Shown piece by piece: positions 50,039 to 58,753 of a DNA stretch of 64,000 nt. The stretch spans positions 1-64,000 of the IMG/VR virus record IMGVR_UViG_3300042908_001001. The stretch is one strand, 5' to 3'. Positions within the stretch are counted from its first letter, which is position 1; every line of letters begins with the position of its first letter. The notes beneath the pieces are model-generated. The model was not told where the DNA came from, ran no database searches, and was given only the letters and a program-made list of their open reading frames with translations. A program made the translations under genes and the position numbers. This stretch comes from a virus.

Positions 50039-50404
50039 TTAAGCAGTACCGACCAAGATCCCTCGGAGAGGAGTACCAAACCATTGACTCCCCACAAGGC
50101 GATCGCTGGGGCTTGGTAGGGCATAAAAGCGGCCCGTCTTGGTCTCCCCTTGTAAGTCTATCTGTATGGGATAGAATTCGTGCGCTTTGAGGGCTACAGT
50201 CCCTTTTTGGTTGCCAGATAGTTTACAGATTATATTTTCGACACCAGGAAGATCGTAAACGGTCGGATCGCTGTCAGTCTCTAAACTTGCCTCGATAGTT
50301 GCCGTTGTCTCACTAAATATCGGTTCACCCGTCACCTCGCTAAACCCTATAGGTTCACTGGACGCGATCGCGTAGGTTATTCGTGCATTTATCTTCCCTA
50401 GCAT
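50039..50404 (-). CDS. probable head-tail adaptor/closure protein, isolated from other head genes
   Basis: VTGEP motif, beta-rich, preceded by the late motif. Confidence 0.45.
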   Translation of the reverse strand: MLGKINARITYAIASSEPIGFSEVTGEPIFSETTATIEASLETDSDPTVYDLPGVENIICKLSGNQKGTVALKAHEFYPIQIDLQGETKTGRFYALPSPSDRLVGSQWFGTPLRGILVGTA

Positions 50405-50577
50405 TCATTTTCCCTCAATTTCTACTCAATATTAACCATTGCACGGGGTTTTGATGGTACATAGATGGTTTCTATGGTAACTATAGATAGATTTTATGGA
50501 TACTTATCTTAAAATGTTAATCAGTTTATAAAATATATGTTATGATGGATTTATTGAAAGTTTAAAAGGTTTATTTT

Positions 50578-50982
50578 ATGTCAGACAAAAAAAGGTTTAC
50601 TTTTTATGTAGAACGTGGACTGCTGGAAGAGGTTGAATCAATTTCTGTATTGAAAGATTGTTCGGTCGGTAGCATAGTTTGCAATGCGCTTGAATACTTT
50701 ACCGACAATCAAAATGAAGTAGAGCGTTTTTTGTTAATCAAAAAATTAAATGCTTTACAGGAAAAGGCTGAATTAAGACTTAAAGAAATTGAAAATAATC
50801 GCCTTGAATTGTCGTCTGATTCATACGTTGACTTGGTTTTAAAAAACCTTGAGTCATCCATTGAAAATGGGCTACTACTAAAAGCACTTAAGTCTTTTTC
50901 GGAAGAAAAAAAAGAAGCGATCGCGGATTCGTTTTTAACTTGTTTCAATATTTTTAACTTAGGAGCTACCGAAAATGAATAA
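50578..50982 (+). CDS. ribbon-helix-helix (CopG-like) protein sharing its C-terminus with the primase-helicase
   Basis: KRFTFYVERGLLEEV...SVGSIVCNALEYF. Confidence 0.65.
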   Translation: MSDKKRFTFYVERGLLEEVESISVLKDCSVGSIVCNALEYFTDNQNEVERFLLIKKLNALQEKAELRLKEIENNRLELSSDSYVDLVLKNLESSIENGLLLKALKSFSEEKKEAIADSFLTCFNIFNLGATENE

Positions 50983-51955
50983 CGAGTCACTAAATGAACG
51001 ATTAGAAAAATTAGAAACTATGTTTTCTATTCTCAGTACCAAGGTAGATAATGACCTCAAGAAAGTAGTCGAACAAAGCTTGCCAGATAAAATCAAAACC
51101 GATATTTTGGAGGCAGTCGGTCTTGATGGATTGGTTGAAAAAGCTCTTGAAAATTCAGTCCCTATTCAAGAGATAAAACGGATCTCAAGAATTACTCATG
51201 AAACAAAAAAGGATTTATTCACCACTAAAGTGGAAAATCGTACCCTAAAACAAGATGCTGACTTTAAAAAATATGGAGTTGATCCTTATCGCATCAAAGT
51301 TGACGGACTAGAGAGCGAATTAAGGACGATGACAGAAAAACTCATTGCACTCAAAAAGCAACATGAGTTGGTATTGAACAATATTCAGGCTCAGGTATTG
51401 GAATTGTTCAAATACTTATACTCAAAAGACAGCGAATTTACCATGTTTAGCGACACGATGAGTGCCATTGACAAGGCTTTACAGCAGGCGATCGCGGCTA
51501 ACAGGGAATCAGAGATAAATCCCGTCATGACAGTAAACAATGAAATTGTCACAGTGTACCGTCAAGACATTGAGAACCAAGGGGAAATCACTATTTTCAT
51601 GAAAGATTTCAAGCGAAAAGCCTACAGGGATATGTTGGAAAATTACGGTATCTCAAGAAACTCACTTGCGAGGCTCTTGGATGTATCTCCTAATACCCCA
51701 GACCGTATCAAGGGACGGATACAGGATTATATGGCAGAAAAACATCCGTCTATACCAGTTCACGTCAAAATCCGTCTATCCAGATATGGAATTAAGGGGG
51801 ATGACGTTACTATGTTTTTCCCATTGGAGGAAACCCGAAAATCCAACCTGAGATTCTTCTTACCTGAAAAGTTAAACCCTTGGGAGCCTCGAATCAGACA
51901 AGCAATACTGAAAGGAACCGCAAACATAGTCGACAAAAAAGACCAAACACATTGA
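50975..51955 (+). CDS. coiled-coil protein with C-terminal HTH-like segment
   Basis: Heptad pattern; GISRNSLARLLDVSPNT. Confidence 0.6.
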   Translation: MNNESLNERLEKLETMFSILSTKVDNDLKKVVEQSLPDKIKTDILEAVGLDGLVEKALENSVPIQEIKRISRITHETKKDLFTTKVENRTLKQDADFKKYGVDPYRIKVDGLESELRTMTEKLIALKKQHELVLNNIQAQVLELFKYLYSKDSEFTMFSDTMSAIDKALQQAIAANRESEINPVMTVNNEIVTVYRQDIENQGEITIFMKDFKRKAYRDMLENYGISRNSLARLLDVSPNTPDRIKGRIQDYMAEKHPSIPVHVKIRLSRYGIKGDDVTMFFPLEETRKSNLRFFLPEKLNPWEPRIRQAILKGTANIVDKKDQTH

Positions 51956-52010
51956 AACATAAGGGATTCAGCTTATTCTATGCACTAGAAATATTTCAGT
52001 CCATAAAGAT

Positions 52011-52189
52011 GGATCACCTTTTTTGGTCTATTGACCATTACAACCTATACACAGAAGCCGATCCAATGGGGTCAAAAAGTTATTACTAAGGCTAAAAAGA
52101 TATTATATCCAAAGTAATAACTTTCTAAGGGGCTTGGATCGGCTTCTACACAAGACTCTTAACGGTCAATAGATTAAAATACCCGATCC
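52011..52189. repeat. segmented inverted repeat centred on 52100
   Basis: Four paired blocks whose coordinates all sum to 104200. Confidence 0.85.
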
Positions 52190-52392
52190 CCACTTTTTTC
52201 ACTCACTATCTTGACTCATATTTCATCCTCACACCATAGCCATGTCAATCATTGACACAAGAAAACTCACTCATTTAAGCCCGTCCCCTATCTCGCTATA
52301 GTTTCTGCCTTCCGACTACCTAGCCCGCCTAGAATTTAATCCTATGGCCAAATGGTGAGACATTGAGTAAAGCGATCGCATTACAGGTTCAC

Positions 52393-52481
52393 TCTAAAAA
52401 TTAATTTGATTAAATACTTGACAAGTACAAAATATATTGATAGACTTGGGATATACCAAGAAAACAAGAGAGGACGTAGTA
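52393..52481 (+). promoter_or_regulatory. cassette head A1 (promoter + RBS), near-identical to 53148-53237
   Basis: TCTAAAAATTAATTTGAyTAAATACTTGACAAGTA...CTTGGGATATACCAAGAAAAC..GAGAGGAC. Confidence 0.85.
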
Positions 52482-52664
52482 ATGACTACCAAATTTAACA
52501 AGTCTGAAATTAAATTGATTAATCAAATCAAAAAAGCAGGAGAGTTGATCATTTACAATGAACCTAAATTTTGGGATAAAGTGCAAAGAATGATAGATAA
52601 GAGTCCTGATGCTTTTTGCTACGAAGTTCTAAATTCTGGATTAATAGTAATAACCCTTGCATAA
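52482..52664 (+). CDS. small cassette ORF
   Basis: ATG after a GAGAGGA RBS; 60 aa. Confidence 0.7.
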   Translation: MTTKFNKSEIKLINQIKKAGELIIYNEPKFWDKVQRMIDKSPDAFCYEVLNSGLIVITLA

Positions 52665-52670
52665 CCACCA

Positions 52671-52701
52671 CCGCGATCGCCTATCTCGCTTCTGATAGGC
52701 A
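52671..52701 (+). repeat. HIP1-anchored hairpin repeat (other copies 53465-53495, 54329-54358, 54634-54662)
   Basis: CCGCGATCGCCTATC-N9/10-GATAGGC shortly after stop codons. Confidence 0.85.
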
Positions 52702-52716
52702 AATTAAAACAATTTT

Positions 52717-52920
52717 ATGGAGAGTAAAGCAATGTTTAATTATGTCGAGATTGATTGTTTCCGTCTAGAAGACAGTAAATTGTGTGTTGTCGACAAAGGC
52801 AGTGAAGGCTATTTTATGGTGATTACCTCTTTGTCAGGAGAGAACATCGAAAACGAAAAGCATAGACCCATAAATCAAGCATTGTATTACGCTTTACTGG
52901 AAAGCAACCAAGATGATTAA
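52717..52920 (+). CDS. hypothetical protein
   Basis: ORF in the early small-gene array. Confidence 0.55.
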   Translation: MESKAMFNYVEIDCFRLEDSKLCVVDKGSEGYFMVITSLSGENIENEKHRPINQALYYALLESNQDD

Positions 52921-53152
52921 ATGTCCTAAATGCGATCGCCCCTACCGATGCCCTAGATGCGGCGGCGATCGCTTATGGCTTGCTGGTTTTGTTTACGATA
53001 CCGCAAAATTTATCTGTAGTGATTGCAAATTCAAGTCTGCTCACTGTTTCTCCTGTAAAAAGGAAAAGCAGGAAACCGAGGCAATCAAAGCAGAGCTAAA
53101 GAAGCGAAAACCTTCTAAACCTAAACGCCGATGGGGAAACACAGGATTCTAA
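52913..53152 (+). CDS. zinc-finger hypothetical protein
   Basis: Four CxxC motifs and a basic tail. Confidence 0.6.
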   Translation: MIKCPKCDRPYRCPRCGGDRLWLAGFVYDTAKFICSDCKFKSAHCFSCKKEKQETEAIKAELKKRKPSKPKRRWGNTGF

Positions 53153-53237
53153 AAATTAATTTGACTAAATACTTGACAAGTATAAAGTATATTGATAAGC
53201 TTGGGATATACCAAGAAAACAAAGAGAGGACACAGTA

Positions 53238-53459
53238 ATGACCACCGCAACTATCCCCGCCAATATTGAAAAGCAAGTAAAGTTTTTAAATCAATCATTA
53301 ATCAAAGGAAAGATTACAGTCGAGCTAATCATTGAATCTGTAAAGACCTATGCCGATTCTGACAACTACGAAAACGAAGACGTACTGGATGCAATGCTTT
53401 TCTGGTTAGAAGAAAAAATGACCCCCGAATCTTACTCAGAACTTTGTGACTCACTTTAG
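53238..53459 (+). CDS. small acidic cassette ORF
   Basis: Lies between head A2 and a hairpin repeat. Confidence 0.7.
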   Translation: MTTATIPANIEKQVKFLNQSLIKGKITVELIIESVKTYADSDNYENEDVLDAMLFWLEEKMTPESYSELCDSL

Positions 53460-53523
53460 ATGAACCGCGATCGCCTATCTCGCTTCTGATAGGCAGTAAA
53501 TTTATTTTTGAGGATTTAGTTAA

Positions 53524-54327
53524 ATGGAAGATCTGAAGGCTATTTTTAATGACTGGCTTAAACAACAACCTCAATCTTATATGCTGTCTCAACCAGTTAA
53601 AGAATTGTTATTTAAAGCTTTTTTGTTTGGTAACGAAGAGGGTTATAAAAACTTGCCAAAAACCGATCCAGAAAATTACGATCATTTACTTGGCGTGATG
53701 CCCGATTCTGAAATTGCAAAACAATTTTCTATTTCTCGCCACTCTGTTTTATATAGAAGAAAAAAACTAGGGATTCCTGCCTACGATCCCCCTATACCAT
53801 ACGATCATTTACTTGGTACAAAACCAGATTCCGAAATTGCCAAAGATTTTGAGATGTCTGTTACGGCTGTACGCAATAGGAGGATAAGATTAAATATCCC
53901 TGCCTATAAAAACCCACCATTAAACATCCCTATTGATAAAATCCCGCCATCGTATGATCATTTACTTGGCACAATGCCCGACTCGCAAATTGCGAAAGAT
54001 TTTGGCACAACCAGACAATTAGTTCGATACAGAAGGAAAAAAAAAGATATCCCAGCGTTTGATCCTGTCCCAAAAATCGATCATTTGCTTGGCACAAAAT
54101 CCGATCACCAGATCGCCAAGGAGGTGGGAACACCTGTTTGCAATGTATCAAGAAAACGCCGAAAATTAAAAATAGATGTCTATGCCCCAGATTGCTTCTA
54201 TGCCCATTTACTGGGAACGATGCCCGATACTCAAATCGCAAAAGATTTCGGGGTTTCCAGTTCATCCGTTCAGCAACAGAGATCGAAACTAGGTATCCCC
54301 CCTTACAGCAAAAAAACATCAAAATAG
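53524..54327 (+). CDS. protein with five tandem HTH-like repeats
   Basis: 5 x (Y/I)xHLLGxxxDxxIAKx(F/V)...V..xRxxxxI. Confidence 0.8.
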   Translation: MEDLKAIFNDWLKQQPQSYMLSQPVKELLFKAFLFGNEEGYKNLPKTDPENYDHLLGVMPDSEIAKQFSISRHSVLYRRKKLGIPAYDPPIPYDHLLGTKPDSEIAKDFEMSVTAVRNRRIRLNIPAYKNPPLNIPIDKIPPSYDHLLGTMPDSQIAKDFGTTRQLVRYRRKKKDIPAFDPVPKIDHLLGTKSDHQIAKEVGTPVCNVSRKRRKLKIDVYAPDCFYAHLLGTMPDTQIAKDFGVSSSSVQQQRSKLGIPPYSKKTSK

Positions 54328-54389
54328 TCCGCGATCGCCTATCCCAACCCGATAGGCAATAAATTAATTTATTTTGAGGATAAAATCAA

Positions 54390-54611
54390 ATGATAGCCAT
54401 TGACACAGCAATAGTTTTTTCTCTTTACTACATGATAGTCGGAGTCCTTATCAGCACTCATGCGCGAAAAATACTCAAGCCAACAAATCATACAGAAAGT
54501 CTTGGCGCGACTGTCTTGGTAGTTATATGGCCCATCGTATTAATCTTTTATGCAGTCGGATTCATGGAAGGGATGATAAAAGCCATTAAAAGACAAATGA
54601 GAGACCAATAA
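54390..54611 (+). CDS. small 2-TM membrane protein
   Basis: GAGGA RBS; two hydrophobic helices. Confidence 0.65.
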   Translation: MIAIDTAIVFSLYYMIVGVLISTHARKILKPTNHTESLGATVLVVIWPIVLIFYAVGFMEGMIKAIKRQMRDQ

Positions 54612-54747
54612 AGCACGAAACCCAAAAACTTAACCGCGATCGCCTATCCTCACCCGATAGGCTTTTTAATACAATAACCCATAGACAAAATCTATCCCAA
54701 TCCACAAAACCATAGGCATACTAAATAATAGTATCTCATCTCAATAG

Positions 54748-54816
54748 AATGAGAATGATTATCATTCTCATTTTGTTCCATAGATGGTTTCTATGATGAT
54801 AATGATAATCATTCTC
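54748..54816. promoter_or_regulatory. tandem Fur-box-like sites
   Basis: 25-bp palindrome AATGAGAATGAT-T-ATCATTCTCATT, and GATAATGATAATCATTCTC (18/19 to the Fur consensus). Confidence 0.7.
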
Positions 54817-54969
54817 ATTTTTAATACCCTTTACGCTATATATAGGTTAGGGAGCTTGTGTGTATTTGAAAACATTTAGAATCCGAGTAGAAATGTTTTG
54901 AGATTGTAGCCTGTTTTTAATTGACAAGCATATTTTATAATGTTAAGATGGAAAATAAAAAGGTAGATT

Positions 54970-55248
54970 ATGTTTCAATGCTGTGGCGTTTTGATGGCTA
55001 AGAATGGCCTTACCAAGGGCGGTAATCAAAAGTATCGCTGTAAAGTTTGCAAGAAAACTAAAGTAGATAGTCCTCCCAGACTTAGTCGTGAAGAGTATCA
55101 GAGACGATGGAGGGAAGAAAACCCTGATAAGGTAAGTCAGTGGCAAAAAGACTATTTTAAACGTCATCCCGAAAAGTACGAAGAAAAGAAAAAGAAAGAA
55201 ACTGAAAGACAAAGACTGGCTAGACAAGCTAAAAAACAAGCCAGTTAA
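54970..55248 (+). CDS. zinc-ribbon + charged helix protein
   Basis: CCG..KNG....NQKYRCKVC; own promoter TTGACA-17-TAAGAT at 54921. Confidence 0.65.
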   Translation: MFQCCGVLMAKNGLTKGGNQKYRCKVCKKTKVDSPPRLSREEYQRRWREENPDKVSQWQKDYFKRHPEKYEEKKKKETERQRLARQAKKQAS

Positions 55249-55276
55249 TATTTTTTAGGGCATTTAAGGGCATTGC

Positions 55277-55678
55277 ATGGTCAAAGTCATAAGTCACAAG
55301 AAAGAAGTATTAGGACGGTATCAAAGGGCATTTAAAGCAAGTGCCGAGGATTTTGATACCGCCATGACTACCGTGATTAGAGAACCTAGAGACTGGCCGA
55401 GTGGATTCGGGACGACAATCAGGCGTGGCAGTGGTGAAACTGTAGTCGGTAGCTATCGTAATATTGTGGATTATGGCAATTTGAGAGATAGCCAGTTGAT
55501 GAGTGTTGAACAATTTAAGGCGATTTATTCGTGGGATGGTATGGGCGAGACACCCGCCGCTATCGTATTTTTCGGAGCTACCTTGAGAAACGGAACCCAG
55601 ATCCCGCCCAGAGACTGGGTATCAATGGCATTGAGTGAAATTAATTTGAGTGAGAAATTTAAAGACAATTTAGATTAA
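55277..55678 (+). CDS. tail completion protein (HK97 gp10-like)
   Basis: RNIVDYGNLRDS...PPRDWV; late motif upstream. Confidence 0.7.
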   Translation: MVKVISHKKEVLGRYQRAFKASAEDFDTAMTTVIREPRDWPSGFGTTIRRGSGETVVGSYRNIVDYGNLRDSQLMSVEQFKAIYSWDGMGETPAAIVFFGATLRNGTQIPPRDWVSMALSEINLSEKFKDNLD

Positions 55679-55744
55679 ATACTTGACAAGGATAAATTAT
55701 GTTGTTAAGATGGTTAGTATAAACCAAGTAAAGGAATTAATCAG

Positions 55745-55945
55745 ATGACCACTTCAAACGAAATTAAAAAAGCAGTCAAGGCAATCACAGGATTGAAAGT
55801 TAGAATCAAAGATAATAAAAAATTTTATACCATTAGCAACAGCGAAAGTCATCTTCCTAATGGGTTTGGTCACTTTGCGGAAGAATTAAAATCTATGTTT
55901 GCAGTAACCCGTCTTGATGGTTGTTCTTTTGACATTTTGAAGTAA
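55745..55945 (+). CDS. moron-like cassette ORF B1
   Basis: Own promoter head (55677) and terminator tail (55943-55993). Confidence 0.7.
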   Translation: MTTSNEIKKAVKAITGLKVRIKDNKKFYTISNSESHLPNGFGHFAEELKSMFAVTRLDGCSFDILK

Positions 55946-56022
55946 AAACAAAATCAATCAACTTTAACCCTTGCCCTAAAAAGTAAGGGTTAATATTTTA
56001 TAAAACAATCCCACCTTGTTTT

Positions 56023-56292
56023 ATGGAATTATCTCAAGCATTAACGCCCTTTATCACGTTCAACGGTTGCCAAGCCTCGCAATTAATGGTTAGGCATTTA
56101 AGGTATGGTGATAAAAGTTTTTATATTGTTAGAAGACAGTTACTCAAGAAAGGGACAAAACCCTATTATGTTTGCGAGATATTCGGGACTAAATTTTGCT
56201 CTATCTCCCTTGAGCAAATATTAAAAGACATTGAAAGCGTTTACCCCTGTAAAAATTATAAATATTATGGCAATAACACCGTTACAGCTTAA
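56023..56292 (+). CDS. hypothetical protein
   Basis: Late motif 25 nt upstream; overlaps the next ORF. Confidence 0.45.
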   Translation: MELSQALTPFITFNGCQASQLMVRHLRYGDKSFYIVRRQLLKKGTKPYYVCEIFGTKFCSISLEQILKDIESVYPCKNYKYYGNNTVTA

Positions 56293-56689
56293 GTCCGACC
56301 TTGAAAAAGTATTAGAAGTTACCCGTCATCCCACCACCAAGAAAGTGCTTACCTTTGGATTGGTTGGTAAATACACTTATCAGGCTAACGGATTTATTGA
56401 TACCGCGATCGCGATCGGTTCAGCCAAAAGCGGTGTCACAGTCGAGGGATTAGAGATTGTAATTGATTTTCCTAAAACCGAATCATCTTGTAGTACCGAC
56501 AAATACGTGCAATTAACAGAGAAATTTACCGTTAGGATGATTCAACGTAGTGGCGAGAATTTATACCCTGCTAGGGAGATTATTAAAAGGCTAGGGTTAA
56601 GGGATTATACCGACTCATCTATTATTGGGGATGTGATTGGTAATTATCCCCAGTATGTTTTCAGTTTTAGATACTCGGAAGGATTTTAA
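56267..56689 (+). CDS. probable tail terminator protein
   Basis: Position before the tail tube gene; G.YT...AI..G...V.GLE.VI. Confidence 0.55.
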   Translation: MAITPLQLKSDLEKVLEVTRHPTTKKVLTFGLVGKYTYQANGFIDTAIAIGSAKSGVTVEGLEIVIDFPKTESSCSTDKYVQLTEKFTVRMIQRSGENLYPAREIIKRLGLRDYTDSSIIGDVIGNYPQYVFSFRYSEGF

Positions 56690-56744
56690 AAGTTGTGGTT
56701 ATTATTTAATAGCCTATTTTTAAAACTCTAGAGGTAAAATTTTT

Positions 56745-57530
56745 ATGGCTTCCGACTTTGAATTGTTTAGTAATCCGATTACAAGCAAAAACTCAGTTAT
56801 TAATGCAGGATCAAAATTACTATTGTGTGCATTGCCTACTGGGTTTAGCGGTAAGACTGGGCCTCCTGAAATTACTCTCACACAAAAAACATCTACGGCG
56901 GTTTCGGTTGGGGGTACTAGCCTGACGATTACTCCCAGCGAGGATGTGATTTTAGCTGATGGTGTGATTTTGTATTTTACTGGTAACAAAAAATTTGTTG
57001 TTAACGGGACTCAGACCGTTACTGGGACTGATTTTGTGTTGGCAATCGATCCCGCCACAACTGGGAATACCCTTAGCGGTGGTGAAACTTGCCTAACGTG
57101 GGGGGTTTTGGCTTTAAACTCTCCAACCGATATCCCCTTAAACCAAGCCTCCAACATGGAGGGTCGTGGCGATCTTAACTACGGATTCCAAAAAGGGCAA
57201 AATCTGGTTGGTACAACTTTCGCGCCCCAAATTACCTGTTTTACGACTAATGACGATATTGCCTATGATAAGCTTATCAAGCCCTACGATGGGTCTGGTA
57301 ATACTATTTTTGCAATGATTTGGAGGGGGGATGGTCGATGGGCGGCTGGTGAAGCATTAGTCGTTAATCTGACTGAAAACGGGGCTGAATCAACCCAGAT
57401 CAAGCCTACTTTCACGCTTGACTTCCGACCCCCTTGGGTTATGGGGATCAAGTATTCGGAGATGACCGATCCTCAAAAGGCAGAAGCCAACTTGATTATG
57501 AAAAAATCTGGACTGCCCTTGCTTGCTTAA
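56745..57530 (+). CDS. major tail tube protein
   Basis: GAGGT RBS; beta-rich; GEALV...PTFTLDF; precedes the chaperone. Confidence 0.7.
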   Translation: MASDFELFSNPITSKNSVINAGSKLLLCALPTGFSGKTGPPEITLTQKTSTAVSVGGTSLTITPSEDVILADGVILYFTGNKKFVVNGTQTVTGTDFVLAIDPATTGNTLSGGETCLTWGVLALNSPTDIPLNQASNMEGRGDLNYGFQKGQNLVGTTFAPQITCFTTNDDIAYDKLIKPYDGSGNTIFAMIWRGDGRWAAGEALVVNLTENGAESTQIKPTFTLDFRPPWVMGIKYSEMTDPQKAEANLIMKKSGLPLLA

Positions 57531-57671
57531 GTTTTACTCTTTACCCTCTCTTAACCCTTACTCTGTAGGGGTTTCTTTATATCTATATTTTATTTTCCCT
57601 AAATACTTGACAAGTATAAAATAAGGGTATAAGATGGTTAGTATAAACCAAGCAAAGAGAGATTAAAGATT

Positions 57672-57989
57672 ATGGATTTTCAAAAAGAAATCACAATCAA
57701 AGGATGCACCATTAAATTAATCCCATCATCCGAGGTTCCAGTATATGATCGTTGTCAAGGGAAAAGGATTATGGGGGCTGGCTTTTTCCCTATCCCTGAA
57801 ACAAATTTAAAAGCATTATGTGTTTACACTCGGAGTTACGGAAAAAAGAGCTATTCTTTCGACTTTGGAGATACATGGAGTACGGTTAAAGAACACGCTT
57901 TTAGTTATTTCTTGGATTCATTAAAAGCTCAAATCGAAAATGAATTATACAGCACAACAGAAGGGACTTTATACGTCAAAGAAGCCTAA
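57672..57989 (+). CDS. moron-like cassette ORF B2
   Basis: Head at 57601, tail 57987-58038. Confidence 0.7.
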   Translation: MDFQKEITIKGCTIKLIPSSEVPVYDRCQGKRIMGAGFFPIPETNLKALCVYTRSYGKKSYSFDFGDTWSTVKEHAFSYFLDSLKAQIENELYSTTEGTLYVKEA

Positions 57990-58045
57990 AAACAAATCAA
58001 TCAATCCTTAACCCTTGCCCTAAAAAGTGAGGGTTATCATTTTTT

Positions 58046-58279
58046 ATGCTTAAACTACAATCACCTAACGGAAAAGTAATTTTATGGGGTGCTACTGTAA
58101 GCGATCGCACTGTATCGGCTGAGATAGCGTTTATCGGGTCGTCAATTCAAAACCCGATGATTCCACTATCAAAACCTAACAGCAAGACTAGGGAGTGTTT
58201 TGTTAGACTGCCAGACAACTTTTTGATGCAAGCTTTGCCCATGAAAGGGAATAATATTACGCTTGAAATTATTGATTGA
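58046..58279 (+). CDS. small tail-region protein
   Basis: Lies between cassettes B2 and B3. Confidence 0.55.
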   Translation: MLKLQSPNGKVILWGATVSDRTVSAEIAFIGSSIQNPMIPLSKPNSKTRECFVRLPDNFLMQALPMKGNNITLEIID

Positions 58280-58353
58280 TTAGAATGCTTGACAAGTACA
58301 GAATAAGGGGATAAGATGGTTAGTATAAACCAAGTAAAGAGAGATTAAAGATT

Positions 58354-58650
58354 ATGAACGCTAGAAAATACGACGACATTCAAACAAATACAGTTACTCG
58401 CTACGAAATCGCTTTGATGGAAGGCGAAAAAATAATCAAAGTTTTAGGTTACACAGCAAAGAAAACAAAGCAAGCTTTATTCAATACAGTAAGTAATGGG
58501 GATGACTTAACAAAATACTTTCAAGAATCAGAATTAGATTGCGAATATTTTTATGATAAAAAATGGGGGATCGTATTTTGCCCACGATTAAGAGTCGCAT
58601 TTTCTGGTAGAACAGAGAGACAAGTGGCAACAGAAAAAGTATTTGCATAA
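58354..58650 (+). CDS. moron-like cassette ORF B3
   Basis: Head at 58283, tail 58648-58699. Confidence 0.7.
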   Translation: MNARKYDDIQTNTVTRYEIALMEGEKIIKVLGYTAKKTKQALFNTVSNGDDLTKYFQESELDCEYFYDKKWGIVFCPRLRVAFSGRTERQVATEKVFA

Positions 58651-58753
58651 AAACTAAATCAATCCACTCTTAACCCTCGCCCTAAAAAGTGAGGGTTATT
58701 TTGTTTTAATAATTATGGTTATTATTTATTGTCGTTAAATATTTAAAACAATT

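Noticed and set aside
54970-55248. IS1 InsA-like zinc ribbon suggesting an insertion sequence
   Set aside because: No InsB/DDE frame and no terminal inverted repeats
52393-58699. CRISPR array or classical integron interpretation of the repeats
   Set aside because: Spacers are whole ORFs of variable length; no cas gene, tyrosine integrase or attC R-box pattern is visible
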